Notes: generated from the sequence alone by a model not told the origin. Shown: positions 23,118-34,187, counted from the first letter of the stretch. The stretch: DNA of 64,000 nt from a virus (IMGVR_UViG_3300015214_000024:297787-361786), one strand, 5' to 3'. A program made the numbers and translations.

Positions 23118-25412
23118 TTAAATTGCACACGCTTCACAATCCTCAGAATCATCTACATCAGATTGCAGCAATTCCGGAAGTGATTCATCATCTTCAATCT
23201 CACCAGCCATATCATTAGTATTATTATAATAGAAAGTCTTAATACCCCATTTATAAGCATTGACCATCATTTTCAAATGCTCACTCATTGGTACTTTATG
23301 CTCTGGATAGAATTTTGGATTGTAGCTTGTATTTGCAGAAATGGTTTGGTCAATATAACGCTGCAAAATAGCAACAATCTTCAAATATCCTTCTGGTGAC
23401 TTTTGATCCCAAAGCAAATCGTATTTGTTCTTCAAACGTTTGATTTCCGGAACCACTTGCTTCAAAACACCGTCCTTGGACTGTTTAATTGAAACCAATG
23501 ATCGTGGTGGCTCGATGCCATTTGTAGCATTGGAGATCTGGCTCGAACTTTCACTTGGCATAAGTGCCATCAAAGTTGAATTGCGAATGCCAACATTTAC
23601 CAAACGATCACGAAGTTCTTCCCAATCCATTTTATTTGAAGGAGCGACAAGTTCGTCGACTTCCTTCTTATAAGTATCAATTGGTAAAATTCCCTTTGAA
23701 TATTTGGTGTCTTTGTATTTGTCACACGGACCAAATTCTTCAGCCAAATCAACAGAAGCCTTAATCAAGTAATATGACCAAGCTTCTACATATTCATCAA
23801 TCAAAGCCAAGCCAGTAGCATCAATGTCTTGATAGTTCAAGTCGTGCTTTGCAAGCCAATATGCAAAGTTGATAATACCAACACCAAGGTTTCTACGGGC
23901 CTTTGTTGCAATCTCAGCAGCCAATACTGGATAATTTTGATATGAGATCAAGGCATCAAGACCTCTTACAGCCAAATTACAAACTGATTCAAAATCACTC
24001 GGCTTTCTAATGTTACCCCAGTTGATTGCGCTCAAAATACAAGTTGATATTTCACCAGCAGCATCATTCAAGTCATTGAGTGGATTGGTTGGCAATGTGA
24101 TCTCTGTGCAAAGGTTGGACATATAAACCGTAGCTTTTTCAGGAATGAAAGAACTATGAGTATTGCAGTGATCAACATTCATCAAATATATACGACCAGT
24201 ATCCTGGCGTTCCTGAACAAATGCACTGAACAAATCAATTGCCTTAATTTTATCCTTCTTAATCTTTGGATTGCGCTCTGCCCTCTCATAAAGAGTCTTG
24301 AAATGGTCTTGATCATTGAAGAATGCTTCATAGAGTCCAGGAACATCGTGTGGCGAGAATAATGTAATATCACCGCCGGTTAACAAACGCTCATACATAA
24401 GCTTATTAAATTGAACACCATAATCTACGTGACGTGCTCGACTTTCTTCCGTTCCCTTATTGTTCTTCAAAACAAGCAAGTTTTCAACTTCCAAATGCCA
24501 AATTGGATAGTAGAAGGTCGCCGCGCCGCCGCGAATGCCACCCTGTGAGCAACTTTTAACGGCCGCTTGAAACATCTTAATAAAAGGAATCAATCCAGTA
24601 TGCTTGGCTTCGCCGCCGCGAATTGGACTACCTTCGGCGCGGAGGCGACCAACGTTCAAACCAATACCCGCTTTCTGGCTGATATATTTTACGATTGCAG
24701 ATGTTGATGCATTGATAGAATCAAGTGAGTCATCACAATCAATCAAGACACACGATGCATATTGGCGGCTCGGTGTTCTGACGCCAGCCATAATCGGTGT
24801 TGGCAAGCTAATATCAAACTTACTAATCGCATCATAATATTTTTTAACATATTTCATACGAGTTTCTTTTGGATAATTAGCAAACAACGTTGCTGAAACC
24901 AAAATGTAACACATTTGCGGTGTTTCATAAATTTCGCCAGAAACTCTGTTCTTAACCAAATACTTACCACGAAATTGTTCCATTGCGGCAAAAGTTAGCA
25001 AGTCATCACGAGTGTGATCAATCATTGCATTAAGTTCGTCAAACTCTTCCTTAGTGTAAAGCTCTAGGATTTGCTTATCATAATATTTTTTATCAATAAC
25101 ATTCTTGACGTGGTCATAAAGATGAATTGGTGTATATTGACCATATACTTCTTTACGCAAGTGGTAGTTGATTAGACGACCCGCAACATATTGATAATTT
25201 GGTGTGTCTTGTGTGATTAATTCTGCGGCTGCTTTGATTAAAATTTCTTGTATTTCGCTCGTCTTCATTTTATTTTTGAATTGAATTTGAGATTTGATTT
25301 CAATGTCGGAGGCCGAGACTCCGGTAATTCCTTCACAGGAATTTAAAACAACTCTGTGAAATTTGGATAAATCCAATGGTGCGGTTGTGCCATCACGCTT
25401 AGTTACGAGCAT
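23118..25412 (-). CDS. nrdA: ribonucleotide reductase class Ia alpha subunit
   Basis: ATP-cone VTKRDG, PTPIMAG, SCVL, SNLCTEI, KTFYY, C-terminal CEAC. Confidence 0.98.
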   Translation of the reverse strand: MLVTKRDGTTAPLDLSKFHRVVLNSCEGITGVSASDIEIKSQIQFKNKMKTSEIQEILIKAAAELITQDTPNYQYVAGRLINYHLRKEVYGQYTPIHLYDHVKNVIDKKYYDKQILELYTKEEFDELNAMIDHTRDDLLTFAAMEQFRGKYLVKNRVSGEIYETPQMCYILVSATLFANYPKETRMKYVKKYYDAISKFDISLPTPIMAGVRTPSRQYASCVLIDCDDSLDSINASTSAIVKYISQKAGIGLNVGRLRAEGSPIRGGEAKHTGLIPFIKMFQAAVKSCSQGGIRGGAATFYYPIWHLEVENLLVLKNNKGTEESRARHVDYGVQFNKLMYERLLTGGDITLFSPHDVPGLYEAFFNDQDHFKTLYERAERNPKIKKDKIKAIDLFSAFVQERQDTGRIYLMNVDHCNTHSSFIPEKATVYMSNLCTEITLPTNPLNDLNDAAGEISTCILSAINWGNIRKPSDFESVCNLAVRGLDALISYQNYPVLAAEIATKARRNLGVGIINFAYWLAKHDLNYQDIDATGLALIDEYVEAWSYYLIKASVDLAEEFGPCDKYKDTKYSKGILPIDTYKKEVDELVAPSNKMDWEELRDRLVNVGIRNSTLMALMPSESSSQISNATNGIEPPRSLVSIKQSKDGVLKQVVPEIKRLKNKYDLLWDQKSPEGYLKIVAILQRYIDQTISANTSYNPKFYPEHKVPMSEHLKMMVNAYKWGIKTFYYNNTNDMAGEIEDDESLPELLQSDVDDSEDCEACAI

Positions 25413-25517
25413 AATTACTATAATCCTTATTTTTATCTTTTCGTTGGGTTCTATATTTAACTAATCGTGAACCGATATTTTCTACAAATTTAATTAAAAA
25501 TCGCAGAAAAGTCTATA

Positions 25518-25955
25518 TTATAAGATTGTATATGAACCTTTTTTATTTGATTTGAATTTGTTTTGAATATTCAATGATGGTAGAACTTCATCAAAGTCTA
25601 CAATATCCATTCCGTAGTTCAATGCCTTGCCATTGATCACCGCAATCATTACATCGCGTTGTTTTTCTGAATCAATAGCATATACTAGATATGAATCGTC
25701 AATACCATCAATCATCATTAATGCCGTTTGATGCATCATAATGCCTCTTGAATATTCACAAATTTCATCGTGATAAACCATATCCCAAGGATTCATCCAA
25801 TTTTCCGGATTGTCTGGATCAACGGTTCTTTTAGAAAATGGATAGAGCATCCAAAATTTATTGATAGAATCTAATTTCTGATCAGTGTCTAAATCAGCAA
25901 TACTATCTCTAAATTGTCTCCAGGAACGGAGACGTAATTCTTTTCCTCTAGACAT
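25518..25955 (-). CDS. hypothetical protein
   Basis: 145-aa ORF. Confidence 0.7.
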   Translation of the reverse strand: MSRGKELRLRSWRQFRDSIADLDTDQKLDSINKFWMLYPFSKRTVDPDNPENWMNPWDMVYHDEICEYSRGIMMHQTALMMIDGIDDSYLVYAIDSEKQRDVMIAVINGKALNYGMDIVDFDEVLPSLNIQNKFKSNKKGSYTIL

Positions 25956-25970
25956 TAATTGCCTTTCTTT

Positions 25971-27815
25971 TTATATAATCATAGAACTTATAATAGTTTT
26001 GGTAGTCGGTGTCCCAAGTGAAGAGACTGCATTAATTTTAATGTTTTGGGCTGAATTATCAGGTACTACAGTTAAAACTAAGCCAGAACCTGATCCACCG
26101 ATTTCAACAAAATCGTCTGAAAAACTAATGTTCGCAGCGCTTACATTGTTTGGCGTAGTTTCAAAATATATAATTTTAATAGTTCCTGTTCTTAAAATAT
26201 TAGTCCCACCATTTGGTATTCTCATAGCGTAATTTACAATTACTGAGTTGCCTTTATATGCATTTGGCTGTGCCACGGTTGCACTAGGATATGCAATAGT
26301 AGCCAAGGTCAAATTTGTCGACGAGGCTGGATTGTACAAGACTGAACCAATTACAGTTAAATCTCCACAAACAGTCAAATCTTTAATACCTAAGGATATT
26401 ACGGTGAAATCTTGAGCATTAAGAATAGTTGTAGTAGCAGAAAAATTATCTATTCTTGGGTTTGCGGTACCACATACTGCCGATGTCTGATTAGCAAACC
26501 AATCAGACATTGAACTACAAAATGTAGTTGAGGCGCCAAACCTTATTGATTTTCCAGTTGTATTATTGTACCTATTGCGGAAACTTATTACTGATGTAGC
26601 ATTTCCGAATACATCCAATGCATAAGCAGTATAGTTATTAAAAATTGAATTTGAAATGGTAATATTGCTTATTTTATAAGATGATGCAGTGTGGCGGTAT
26701 TGGGTGTCAAAATCATATGTTACATCAGTACCGATTTTTACATTCAATAAGCCACCATTGAATTGGTGGCGATCAATTATAACATCATTCGCCCCATCAA
26801 TAATATTAAAATCGTGGGCAGCGCCTGAAGTTGAACACTGTATAAATTTAATTCTACCAACTTCCGCTGTAGCATTATTAAAAGATGATATTAGGACCGA
26901 GCTGGAAGCATCGATTATACTATCACCCGTCTGCCAGTTGTTATCACTAACGAAATCAAAAGTGCATTTTTCAAAAATAGTATCAGTGAGTCTATTAAGT
27001 CTCACTACCTGACGTTTTTTAACACTCGATACATCACTGACTTGATTTGATTGGAACGATATACCATAAAAGTACATTTTATTACAATCAACTACAGAAG
27101 GCGTTAAGTTTCCATCACCAAAATCAGTACCCATATCAAAATCGACTTGACCATATGAGTCACCTGATATTAAAACAGCATCGTCATTGTCATCAATTGA
27201 CAGTTCAACATCGAGATAAATTATCGTTTTTCCTGGATCACCAATCAAGGTCATACCTGGATAACCAACCAAATTTTGTCTAATTCTATATACGCCAGCT
27301 GGTAAATACAACGCCACATTTCGTCTTACTGCGGCCGTCGATGACCCAACCTCACCAAATTCTTCACTGAAAAGGTTCTTAGTAGCTCTAATTAAAGCAC
27401 CAGTGTCGTCAGTATTAAAATCACCGACGGCTTTATAATCTTTAACACTAACAAATTCATCAAATTTTTCTTGATAGCTTCGGATAGTAGCGTTAAATGT
27501 CGTCGGATCTAGATCCGTATTATTGGCATCTTCCACATAACCAGTGCTGGCAGTAAAATAATCCAAGCCCAATGGAGCACCTTTCTGCATCAACTGCTGG
27601 TATGCCATCGGACTCTTGTATGAATAGTTGAAACTGCTGGCCGGTGTATATTGGGTAATGATTTCAGTATTGCCCGGATGAATAGGACCGTTACCGATAA
27701 AAAGCTGGCGAGAATCTAAAGCCCATCCTAATTCTGCTTCATTCAATGCAGACGGAAGTTCACGATACAAACCTGTTCTATGTTGTATTCTACTGATTTG
27801 TGTAATCGCAGCCAT
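25971..27815 (-). CDS. virion structural protein with beta-helix (tail/baseplate-associated)
   Basis: QISRIQHRTG...ELGWALDSRQLFIG; VSVKDYKAVGD...DDT...LYLPAGVY pectate-lyase-like start. Confidence 0.7.
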   Translation of the reverse strand: MAAITQISRIQHRTGLYRELPSALNEAELGWALDSRQLFIGNGPIHPGNTEIITQYTPASSFNYSYKSPMAYQQLMQKGAPLGLDYFTASTGYVEDANNTDLDPTTFNATIRSYQEKFDEFVSVKDYKAVGDFNTDDTGALIRATKNLFSEEFGEVGSSTAAVRRNVALYLPAGVYRIRQNLVGYPGMTLIGDPGKTIIYLDVELSIDDNDDAVLISGDSYGQVDFDMGTDFGDGNLTPSVVDCNKMYFYGISFQSNQVSDVSSVKKRQVVRLNRLTDTIFEKCTFDFVSDNNWQTGDSIIDASSSVLISSFNNATAEVGRIKFIQCSTSGAAHDFNIIDGANDVIIDRHQFNGGLLNVKIGTDVTYDFDTQYRHTASSYKISNITISNSIFNNYTAYALDVFGNATSVISFRNRYNNTTGKSIRFGASTTFCSSMSDWFANQTSAVCGTANPRIDNFSATTTILNAQDFTVISLGIKDLTVCGDLTVIGSVLYNPASSTNLTLATIAYPSATVAQPNAYKGNSVIVNYAMRIPNGGTNILRTGTIKIIYFETTPNNVSAANISFSDDFVEIGGSGSGLVLTVVPDNSAQNIKINAVSSLGTPTTKTIISSMII

Positions 27816-27853
27816 TTGTTTTAACTCACTTTATCCCTATCCATATTGTATAT

Positions 27854-28537
27854 TTATTGTCCTGCTTGGTTATAGAATTTTTGCACCATCTCCAGCCATC
27901 GATCAGTGTATTCTTCAAATTCGCGGCCTTCGAGATAGAATTCTTTATAATCGTCATCCCTCGATGCCATAAAGATTACACCAAATTGAATATCAGTATT
28001 GAACATATGATTATGAGCCATAGCATATGCTACTAGCTGAAAGAAATAACTTTCAATCCATTCACGCTTCTTTATCTTTTTGGCATTTTTATGGTCCATT
28101 ATCGCAGGGGTCCCATTAAATTCCCCAACTAAATCAGTCGTGCCAGCATAAAGTGATGGATAAAATAGCTTTACTTCATATCCATATACTTCATTTACTT
28201 TAGTCAACCCCCTACCAATGATAGTATCTGCCATTTTTCGGGCTTGCTTATATATAAAATTGGATTTTTCTACTCTAGGCTTGCCAGCAATGTGGTCTTC
28301 CACATATCCGTGCATTATGGTACCGACATCAGTGGCGTGCTTGACTTGACGATGGGCTTCTTCTTCACCGATGCGCTGTTTCCAAGCCTCAATGGCTGAT
28401 TTGTCTGTCATCGCTGACAAGATAGTAGTAACACTTGGTAATTTATTACCATTTTCAGGTTCTAAATAATGGCGGCGGCCATCGTCATAAGTCACAGATT
28501 CTAATATAGGATAATCATATTTTTGTCGTATAAACAT
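27854..28537 (-). CDS. PD-(D/E)XK exonuclease
   Basis: LPSVTTIL, GTIMH, YAGTTD, IMDHK, QLVAYA. Confidence 0.9.
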   Translation of the reverse strand: MFIRQKYDYPILESVTYDDGRRHYLEPENGNKLPSVTTILSAMTDKSAIEAWKQRIGEEEAHRQVKHATDVGTIMHGYVEDHIAGKPRVEKSNFIYKQARKMADTIIGRGLTKVNEVYGYEVKLFYPSLYAGTTDLVGEFNGTPAIMDHKNAKKIKKREWIESYFFQLVAYAMAHNHMFNTDIQFGVIFMASRDDDYKEFYLEGREFEEYTDRWLEMVQKFYNQAGQ

Positions 28538-28545
28538 TAATTATT

Positions 28546-29448
28546 TCATTTCTTATAAATTATTGATTCAATTAATGCAATATTCTTTTCAGTTAATGGC
28601 ATACCAAGCTGTTCAATTACATATCCAACCATAATACCATTATCTAAAATATTAGAATTTGCACTAATATCCATAACTTTATTATACAACGTTTGCTTAT
28701 CTTTATCAATATTTTCAGAAACTATATGACTTCCGAGATCGGTTTCACTTTCTGAAACTTTTGATGTTACTTGGGCTACGAACTGCTGTGGATCAATATC
28801 AGGAAATGGTGAAAATCCCATTGATTCGATCACATCTTGATGGGATTGTGCCCATTTAGCAAAGTTCAAAGCATATGCTTTTTCATAAACTGGGCCAAGT
28901 TTTAATTCGTCATTATAGCTATATTCATAGTCTCGGCCGTCATTCCATTCAAAGTTGAAATGGATACCACCAGCTTCACCCAAAAGCTCATCCTCAAAAC
29001 TTTCCCATCCGGATTGGAAATTTAAAACCCAATCTTCTAAAGTTTCAGTTTCTTTCTTTGCATCTACCATACCATCGTGCATATGTTGTAATAATTTTGG
29101 AAATATTTCATTTGCACCTTTTTCAGTCTTAATATAATCTGGAGCAAAATATTCGTCAAAATGATCAACGGCATATTGCCAACGTGCATCTTCAGCAGCT
29201 TCGTCGTACCACTCATCGCCAGCTTCATCAATTGGTTTTTTTCTTAAAGATTTCAAAAAACTAAAACCTTCGCCACCAGAATCTTTTAGACTGCTTGATA
29301 AAAGACCATTAAAATCTGGAGATTCCTCATTTTCAGTAGTGCGCTCAAGCTCAGCCTTTTTAAGTTCTGCGCCTAACGTGTCACTTTCAGTTAATCCTGC
29401 TAATCGTTTAAGTCTTTCAAATTCCATTTTAGTATCCTCAGGAAACAT
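28546..29448 (-). CDS. acidic probable head/internal protein
   Basis: RLKRLAGL motif, Glu-rich. Confidence 0.6.
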   Translation of the reverse strand: MFPEDTKMEFERLKRLAGLTESDTLGAELKKAELERTTENEESPDFNGLLSSSLKDSGGEGFSFLKSLRKKPIDEAGDEWYDEAAEDARWQYAVDHFDEYFAPDYIKTEKGANEIFPKLLQHMHDGMVDAKKETETLEDWVLNFQSGWESFEDELLGEAGGIHFNFEWNDGRDYEYSYNDELKLGPVYEKAYALNFAKWAQSHQDVIESMGFSPFPDIDPQQFVAQVTSKVSESETDLGSHIVSENIDKDKQTLYNKVMDISANSNILDNGIMVGYVIEQLGMPLTEKNIALIESIIYKK

Positions 29449-29776
29449 TATCTTTTACATTTTTCATAGCAATTTTCTGGGTGTGAGTTTCACCCGGGCC
29501 TTCAGGCGCTTGATAATCCATAATTACATATTCGCCCTTAATATCTGCTTTTCCAGTATTTGAAATTAACTGTTTAATATTATTGACTTCTTCAGTATTA
29601 TCTTTATCAATCATATTGTTAGACATATTGTTTAATTCGTCAATAAATCTATCAATTTTAATCTGTTTAATCTGACTAGCATCAAGTCTGAGTAAGAGCG
29701 ACTCAACGTCAGATGACAACGGCGTCTCAATTTCTTGTTCTTGGCCTTGTTGTTCGTCAAACTCAAATAGTCTCAT
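29438..29776 (-). CDS. probable head/internal protein
   Basis: MRLFEF N-terminus. Confidence 0.6.
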   Translation of the reverse strand: MRLFEFDEQQGQEQEIETPLSSDVESLLLRLDASQIKQIKIDRFIDELNNMSNNMIDKDNTEEVNNIKQLISNTGKADIKGEYVIMDYQAPEGPGETHTQKIAMKNVKDNVS

Positions 29777-31149
29777 TACTTGCCACCTTTTAAAATTTTA
29801 GCAGCAATCTTTAACTGCTTCTTTTCTGATTCACTTAAAAGATACATTGGCATTGGTGATTCATTGTATTTTTTAGCAAACTTAATTGCTGCCATCTGTG
29901 ATTCATCCAATTTAACAGTCTTACCACCAATAACGATTGATTCTCCCATCAAAGCTTCTTCAGGATCCTTCTTTTCGTAATCTTCTGCTTCAGCTGATTC
30001 TTCGCCATCTGGTGCAATTGGGGCAATCGGCGCTGGGACTTCATCGTCAAGTGATAAATCGTTTGGTGTTGATCCGTCACCAATATGCTTTTCCAAAGCA
30101 CGAGCATAACTGTCAAATAAGTCACGCAATTCTTGCACACTATCTGATGCTTTTTGTAGTGCATCTTCAGCTTTACGTGCAAACCCGTTAGCTGTTGGAG
30201 CACCAAAGTTTTCTTTCATTCCGTCCACAAGAGGCAAAACGTCATCAGTGGCCATACTTGAAATGTCTTCAATTTGCTTTTGCAATCTTGAGACAATATC
30301 TTTGGTTGCTAAGACGATTTCTGCTCGTTGTAGCTCGGCTTCTTCAAGCATAACGCTTTCAGTGAGTTTAGTCATTTTTTCAATCTTACTCATTTCGCCT
30401 TCCTTTAAATTACCAATGTTAAAATTTATATTAACTCCTGGGATATTTAATATTTCTTGTTCTTCTTCTTGATCATCACCAATAGTGTATATTGATGTAT
30501 CAGATGGTTCAATTTCTTGTTCTGCTGGTGCAGGCACTGGCATAGCGCCTGGCTTTGAAGCGGCATTAACTGGTGCGATACTTTCTTGATCAGATGGATT
30601 TGAAATCTTTAATACGTCACCATCTAACCCATTGATCTTGTCTGGGTTCAATACCGATACGTAAATATTATTTTCGTTTGATGGGGCATCAATTGGATTT
30701 GCGTCCCTTGGATCAAATTTAATATAATCTTCAGGTGTAGAATTTGGATTTTGCAATCGTTGAGTTAACATTTTTTCTAAATTATATTGGTCTTCCCTCC
30801 AATATAAATCCGGTCTATTTGTGCCATCCCCGGATATAGCAGCCCCGTTATTTGGGTCAATTTTATATTCCAAATCTTCTTTAAACTTTACCTTTTTTTG
30901 TGGGTAAATTTCTTTCAAATATACTCTAAGTGCTTCATTTAACAAAGATATTGGCGATGAGATATTACCAATAACTAATGATTCGAGAAATATTTTCGAA
31001 CGCATTTCACCAGTTCTAATTAATAATTTTTCTAGTAATGGGATAGGTAACGATTCGAAAAATGTCATATCAACGAAATATGACTCTTTCAGATCTTTCT
31101 TAAGCATAGAATAATGCTTGTCTGAAAAATTTATATCATCAAGATTCAT
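29776..31149 (-). CDS. probable prohead core/internal protein
   Basis: acidic coiled coil, xxE-S sites, late promoter upstream. Confidence 0.6.
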   Translation of the reverse strand: MNLDDINFSDKHYSMLKKDLKESYFVDMTFFESLPIPLLEKLLIRTGEMRSKIFLESLVIGNISSPISLLNEALRVYLKEIYPQKKVKFKEDLEYKIDPNNGAAISGDGTNRPDLYWREDQYNLEKMLTQRLQNPNSTPEDYIKFDPRDANPIDAPSNENNIYVSVLNPDKINGLDGDVLKISNPSDQESIAPVNAASKPGAMPVPAPAEQEIEPSDTSIYTIGDDQEEEQEILNIPGVNINFNIGNLKEGEMSKIEKMTKLTESVMLEEAELQRAEIVLATKDIVSRLQKQIEDISSMATDDVLPLVDGMKENFGAPTANGFARKAEDALQKASDSVQELRDLFDSYARALEKHIGDGSTPNDLSLDDEVPAPIAPIAPDGEESAEAEDYEKKDPEEALMGESIVIGGKTVKLDESQMAAIKFAKKYNESPMPMYLLSESEKKQLKIAAKILKGGK

Positions 31150-31214
31150 ACATTGAGCCCAAAGTAAGTGAATTCACCTGATATTTATTAAATATGGCTT
31201 CTTAAAATACAAAT

Positions 31215-31838
31215 TTAATGAACAGTTGGATTCGACAAATATTCCACTTCAAGTCCAGAATTTTCATTAATTGCTTTGAAATATTCAATATAACGTTCTA
31301 ATTGTTCAATATGTTCTTCAATCTCATCTAATGAACTCGAGGATTGCATATCCCACAACATAACAAAAGACGCGACCACTTCTGAGGGATAATGATCATA
31401 TCCCTCACTTATCACATCGTGAACATTTAAAGTCATCTCATCAACAATTCTTGTTAATGCATTTACCTTACCAAATAATTCACCAATTTGACCACTGTAT
31501 TTTATCATTAAGTCTTGATCATACTGCAAATAATTATGAATTACATTAATATCCACAATTCTAGCTTGCAGATCATCAACTTTATCATTAATATGATCAA
31601 TTACAGCTTTGGCACTTTCTTTTAATTCTTCCAAAGTTAAAAATAGAAATTCAGGTACATCCTCATTTGAGGAGGTAGTTTTTGATTCTTTCCTTAATAT
31701 AAAGTGCTTGATATTGCGAAGAATTGAATTTGCTTTCATATAGTTGCTGCTTCCACTCAATGTTATTATTTTTGGCTCGTTGCCAAACTGCCTTTTCCTG
31801 CAGAGCTTTGTCTCGTAGACGTTGATACTCTTCATCAA
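31215..31838 (-). CDS. hypothetical protein (true start probably near 31650)
   Basis: the N-terminal part of the called ORF overlaps the upstream gene. Confidence 0.55.
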   Translation of the reverse strand: MMKSINVYETKLCRKRQFGNEPKIITLSGSSNYMKANSILRNIKHFILRKESKTTSSNEDVPEFLFLTLEELKESAKAVIDHINDKVDDLQARIVDINVIHNYLQYDQDLMIKYSGQIGELFGKVNALTRIVDEMTLNVHDVISEGYDHYPSEVVASFVMLWDMQSSSSLDEIEEHIEQLERYIEYFKAINENSGLEVEYLSNPTVH

Positions 31839-32331
31839 GTTCCATTATAGCATCAATTTCCTTGTCGTGCAAATTATGACCTTGATTTAAAATCTTAAGA
31901 ATGGCTTGAGCAGCTTCATACACAAACACTGGTTCAAGTTTTTGCTTTGTTACAACATTTGAAATATGATAATTTGGTTCTTTTTTACCATTAACTGATT
32001 CAACAAGAGTTTTTTCGATCTTCCAAGTTCCTACTTGAATTGCATTATCACTTACCTTTTCAGTAATAATAGCTTCACGCAATTCTACATTGGACCTAGA
32101 TTCTTCAATCATATCAGGCATTAAATTATTAATAGCCATAATATGTCGACGGATCTGATCAGCATCATCACCAGCCATTGCTGGGGGTGGTGCTACTGGC
32201 GCAGAAACATTGTAATTTTCATTGATTGGGGTTGAGGGAGTATTTGAATAAAAATCTTCTTCATCTAAATTGTTAAGAAGACTCTGTATGCGGCGCATTT
32301 CCGCCATATCTTCTGGTGTTGGACCGTTCAT
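31663..32331 (-). CDS. probable head-associated protein
   Basis: 222-aa ORF in late cluster. Confidence 0.65.
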   Translation of the reverse strand: MNGPTPEDMAEMRRIQSLLNNLDEEDFYSNTPSTPINENYNVSAPVAPPPAMAGDDADQIRRHIMAINNLMPDMIEESRSNVELREAIITEKVSDNAIQVGTWKIEKTLVESVNGKKEPNYHISNVVTKQKLEPVFVYEAAQAILKILNQGHNLHDKEIDAIMELDEEYQRLRDKALQEKAVWQRAKNNNIEWKQQLYESKFNSSQYQALYIKERIKNYLLK

Positions 32332-32532
32332 TTAATCTCTCCAAACGTCTGGTTTTTGTACTACCCTATACTTATCACCATCACGTTCTAAAATACCACG
32401 GCCCATAAGAAAAAACGCAAGATGGTCTTCTCGTTCATCGAGCGACTCACCTGTTTTAATCTTTTCGACAATTTGATGCTCTTCTTCACTTAGAGCAATT
32501 TTGGCACCTGAAATTAATTCGTACAATTTCAT
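32332..32532 (-). CDS. small hypothetical protein
   Basis: MKLYELI...LSEEE...RGIL. Confidence 0.65.
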   Translation of the reverse strand: MKLYELISGAKIALSEEEHQIVEKIKTGESLDEREDHLAFFLMGRGILERDGDKYRVVQKPDVWRD

Positions 32533-32533
32533 A

Positions 32534-33592
32534 TTAGATCTCGTTATATTTAACCCACAAAGCATCCACTAACGGGCATAGAAAATCTAGTCCACCGTTT
32601 GCACCTTCAATCCAGCTTTGCAAAGCACTACCAAAATCACACAATGCGGTCTTAACCATAGCAAGCTGCTCAGCATCAATTTGTGGTTCAGTTGTTTGTT
32701 CAGGATTAGTTAACATACTAATCAAACAGGCTTTAGAAGTCTCGTCCATATAATCAATAATCGACAAGATTTGATTTAGATCTGGAGATTCTAGTTCAGT
32801 AATTTCATCCTGTTGAGCTTCTGATTCGATTGGCGATAGGCCTGACATTTTTCTTAAGCCATTCATACCAACACCTGGTATTGCAGTTAAACCGCCAACC
32901 GGTGATATAACTATAGAAGACTCAAACAGTGCTTCAACGTTTTTCATTTCTGCAATTAAAGATGATTCTACGATTTTAAATTTATAACCATCTTCATCAT
33001 TAATTAAAACAGGGACCACTGTATTCTCAAACATACCACGCTTTAGTTGTGCTTTAGAGTCTTTTCGATCATTTTTTTTCTTTTTGTCTTGGACGATGCG
33101 ATGTTGGAACTGCCCTTTTGATAGTTCACGTGCTGGATCATACCCACCAGCTTTTGCTTTACCAGCCAATTGGCTTAGATTTGGTTTAGAATCTTTAGCT
33201 TCATCAACTTCTTTTTTAGCTTCTTGCTTGTGCCAATAAAGTAAATTATGAGCTTCGTGACCAGAGTGAGCAGTATCAACTATTTTATTTTGTTTATTAT
33301 CCCAAATTTCATATTGGCCATTAGACCCAGTTTCAATAGTAAATCTTGGCTTTTTTTCTTCAACAGATTCGTCAACACTTTGATATTCTTGGAACAGATT
33401 TTTAACAAAATTAACATCCTCGGCATCGGCACCATCTTTCAAAGCAGCTACAACTTTACCCTCATCAAAGGATGATATTGATTTATAAAAATCAGTAGCT
33501 TCTTCAGGACTGATTGATAACATCTCAGCCAAAGATTTCACAATACTATAATTATTGCGTTCTAAATATTCTCTAAGCGTTCTCATCATCAA
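32534..33592 (-). CDS. probable internal head protein
   Basis: MRTLREYLE start, LRKMSGL motif, DE-S/DE-A sites. Confidence 0.6.
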   Translation of the reverse strand: MMMRTLREYLERNNYSIVKSLAEMLSISPEEATDFYKSISSFDEGKVVAALKDGADAEDVNFVKNLFQEYQSVDESVEEKKPRFTIETGSNGQYEIWDNKQNKIVDTAHSGHEAHNLLYWHKQEAKKEVDEAKDSKPNLSQLAGKAKAGGYDPARELSKGQFQHRIVQDKKKKNDRKDSKAQLKRGMFENTVVPVLINDEDGYKFKIVESSLIAEMKNVEALFESSIVISPVGGLTAIPGVGMNGLRKMSGLSPIESEAQQDEITELESPDLNQILSIIDYMDETSKACLISMLTNPEQTTEPQIDAEQLAMVKTALCDFGSALQSWIEGANGGLDFLCPLVDALWVKYNEI

Positions 33593-33755
33593 TCTCCATA
33601 GTGTCTGTTTTAAAATAATCTTGTGGATTATTTATAATGCTTCCTTTGTTAGGACCTGACATACATTTATACAACTTAATTTGCTCACCGTCGATCACTT
33701 TCCATATAGGACGAAGTTTTGCAGGCTTTAAGTTTTTTAAATTTGAAACTTTCAT
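33573..33755 (-). CDS. small hypothetical protein
   Basis: 60 aa, CMSGPNKG. Confidence 0.6.
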   Translation of the reverse strand: MKVSNLKNLKPAKLRPIWKVIDGEQIKLYKCMSGPNKGSIINNPQDYFKTDTMEIDDENA

Positions 33756-34183
33756 TTTTGAATCCTATAATGTTGCGGATCATTCCAGAATCTAGCTACC
33801 TGTATTAGCTCTTTTGAAACTTCACGCAAATGGTCATCGAGCTTTTCAATTCTTCGCGATTGTTCACTGATTCTTTCAGCAATGCGATCTTCACGATCAT
33901 CAAGTGCTTCCTTGTATTCTTTCTCGAGAGCCTTCAAATTTTCCATCATTTCAGCTCGAAGCTTGGCAATATCATCACATACTTTCTGTATGTCTTTATT
34001 AAATCCTGCTGTCATATTTTCACAGTTAGCTTCAGATGTTTTTTGTTTGGTCTCTAAAACTTGAACTCGGTCTGAAAGCAATGAAAATGGCTTCTTCCAG
34101 TTATTTCGAAACAAACGAATCATAAAACCTGAAAACACAATCGCCACTATTGCTATTGGTATGATAATGTCTAACGATGCCAT
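33752..34183 (-). CDS. membrane-anchored coiled-coil protein
   Basis: N-terminal TM helix plus heptads. Confidence 0.7.
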   Translation of the reverse strand: MASLDIIIPIAIVAIVFSGFMIRLFRNNWKKPFSLLSDRVQVLETKQKTSEANCENMTAGFNKDIQKVCDDIAKLRAEMMENLKALEKEYKEALDDREDRIAERISEQSRRIEKLDDHLREVSKELIQVARFWNDPQHYRIQK

Positions 34184-34187
34184 ATTT

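Noticed and set aside
21927-25412. Introns or inteins in nrdA/nrdB
   Set aside because: Both ORFs are continuous and of normal length.
31630-31670. Programmed frameshift at TATTTTTAA creating the N-terminus of 31215..31838
   Set aside because: Cannot be distinguished from an alternative start codon or a homopolymer error; no stimulatory structure seen.
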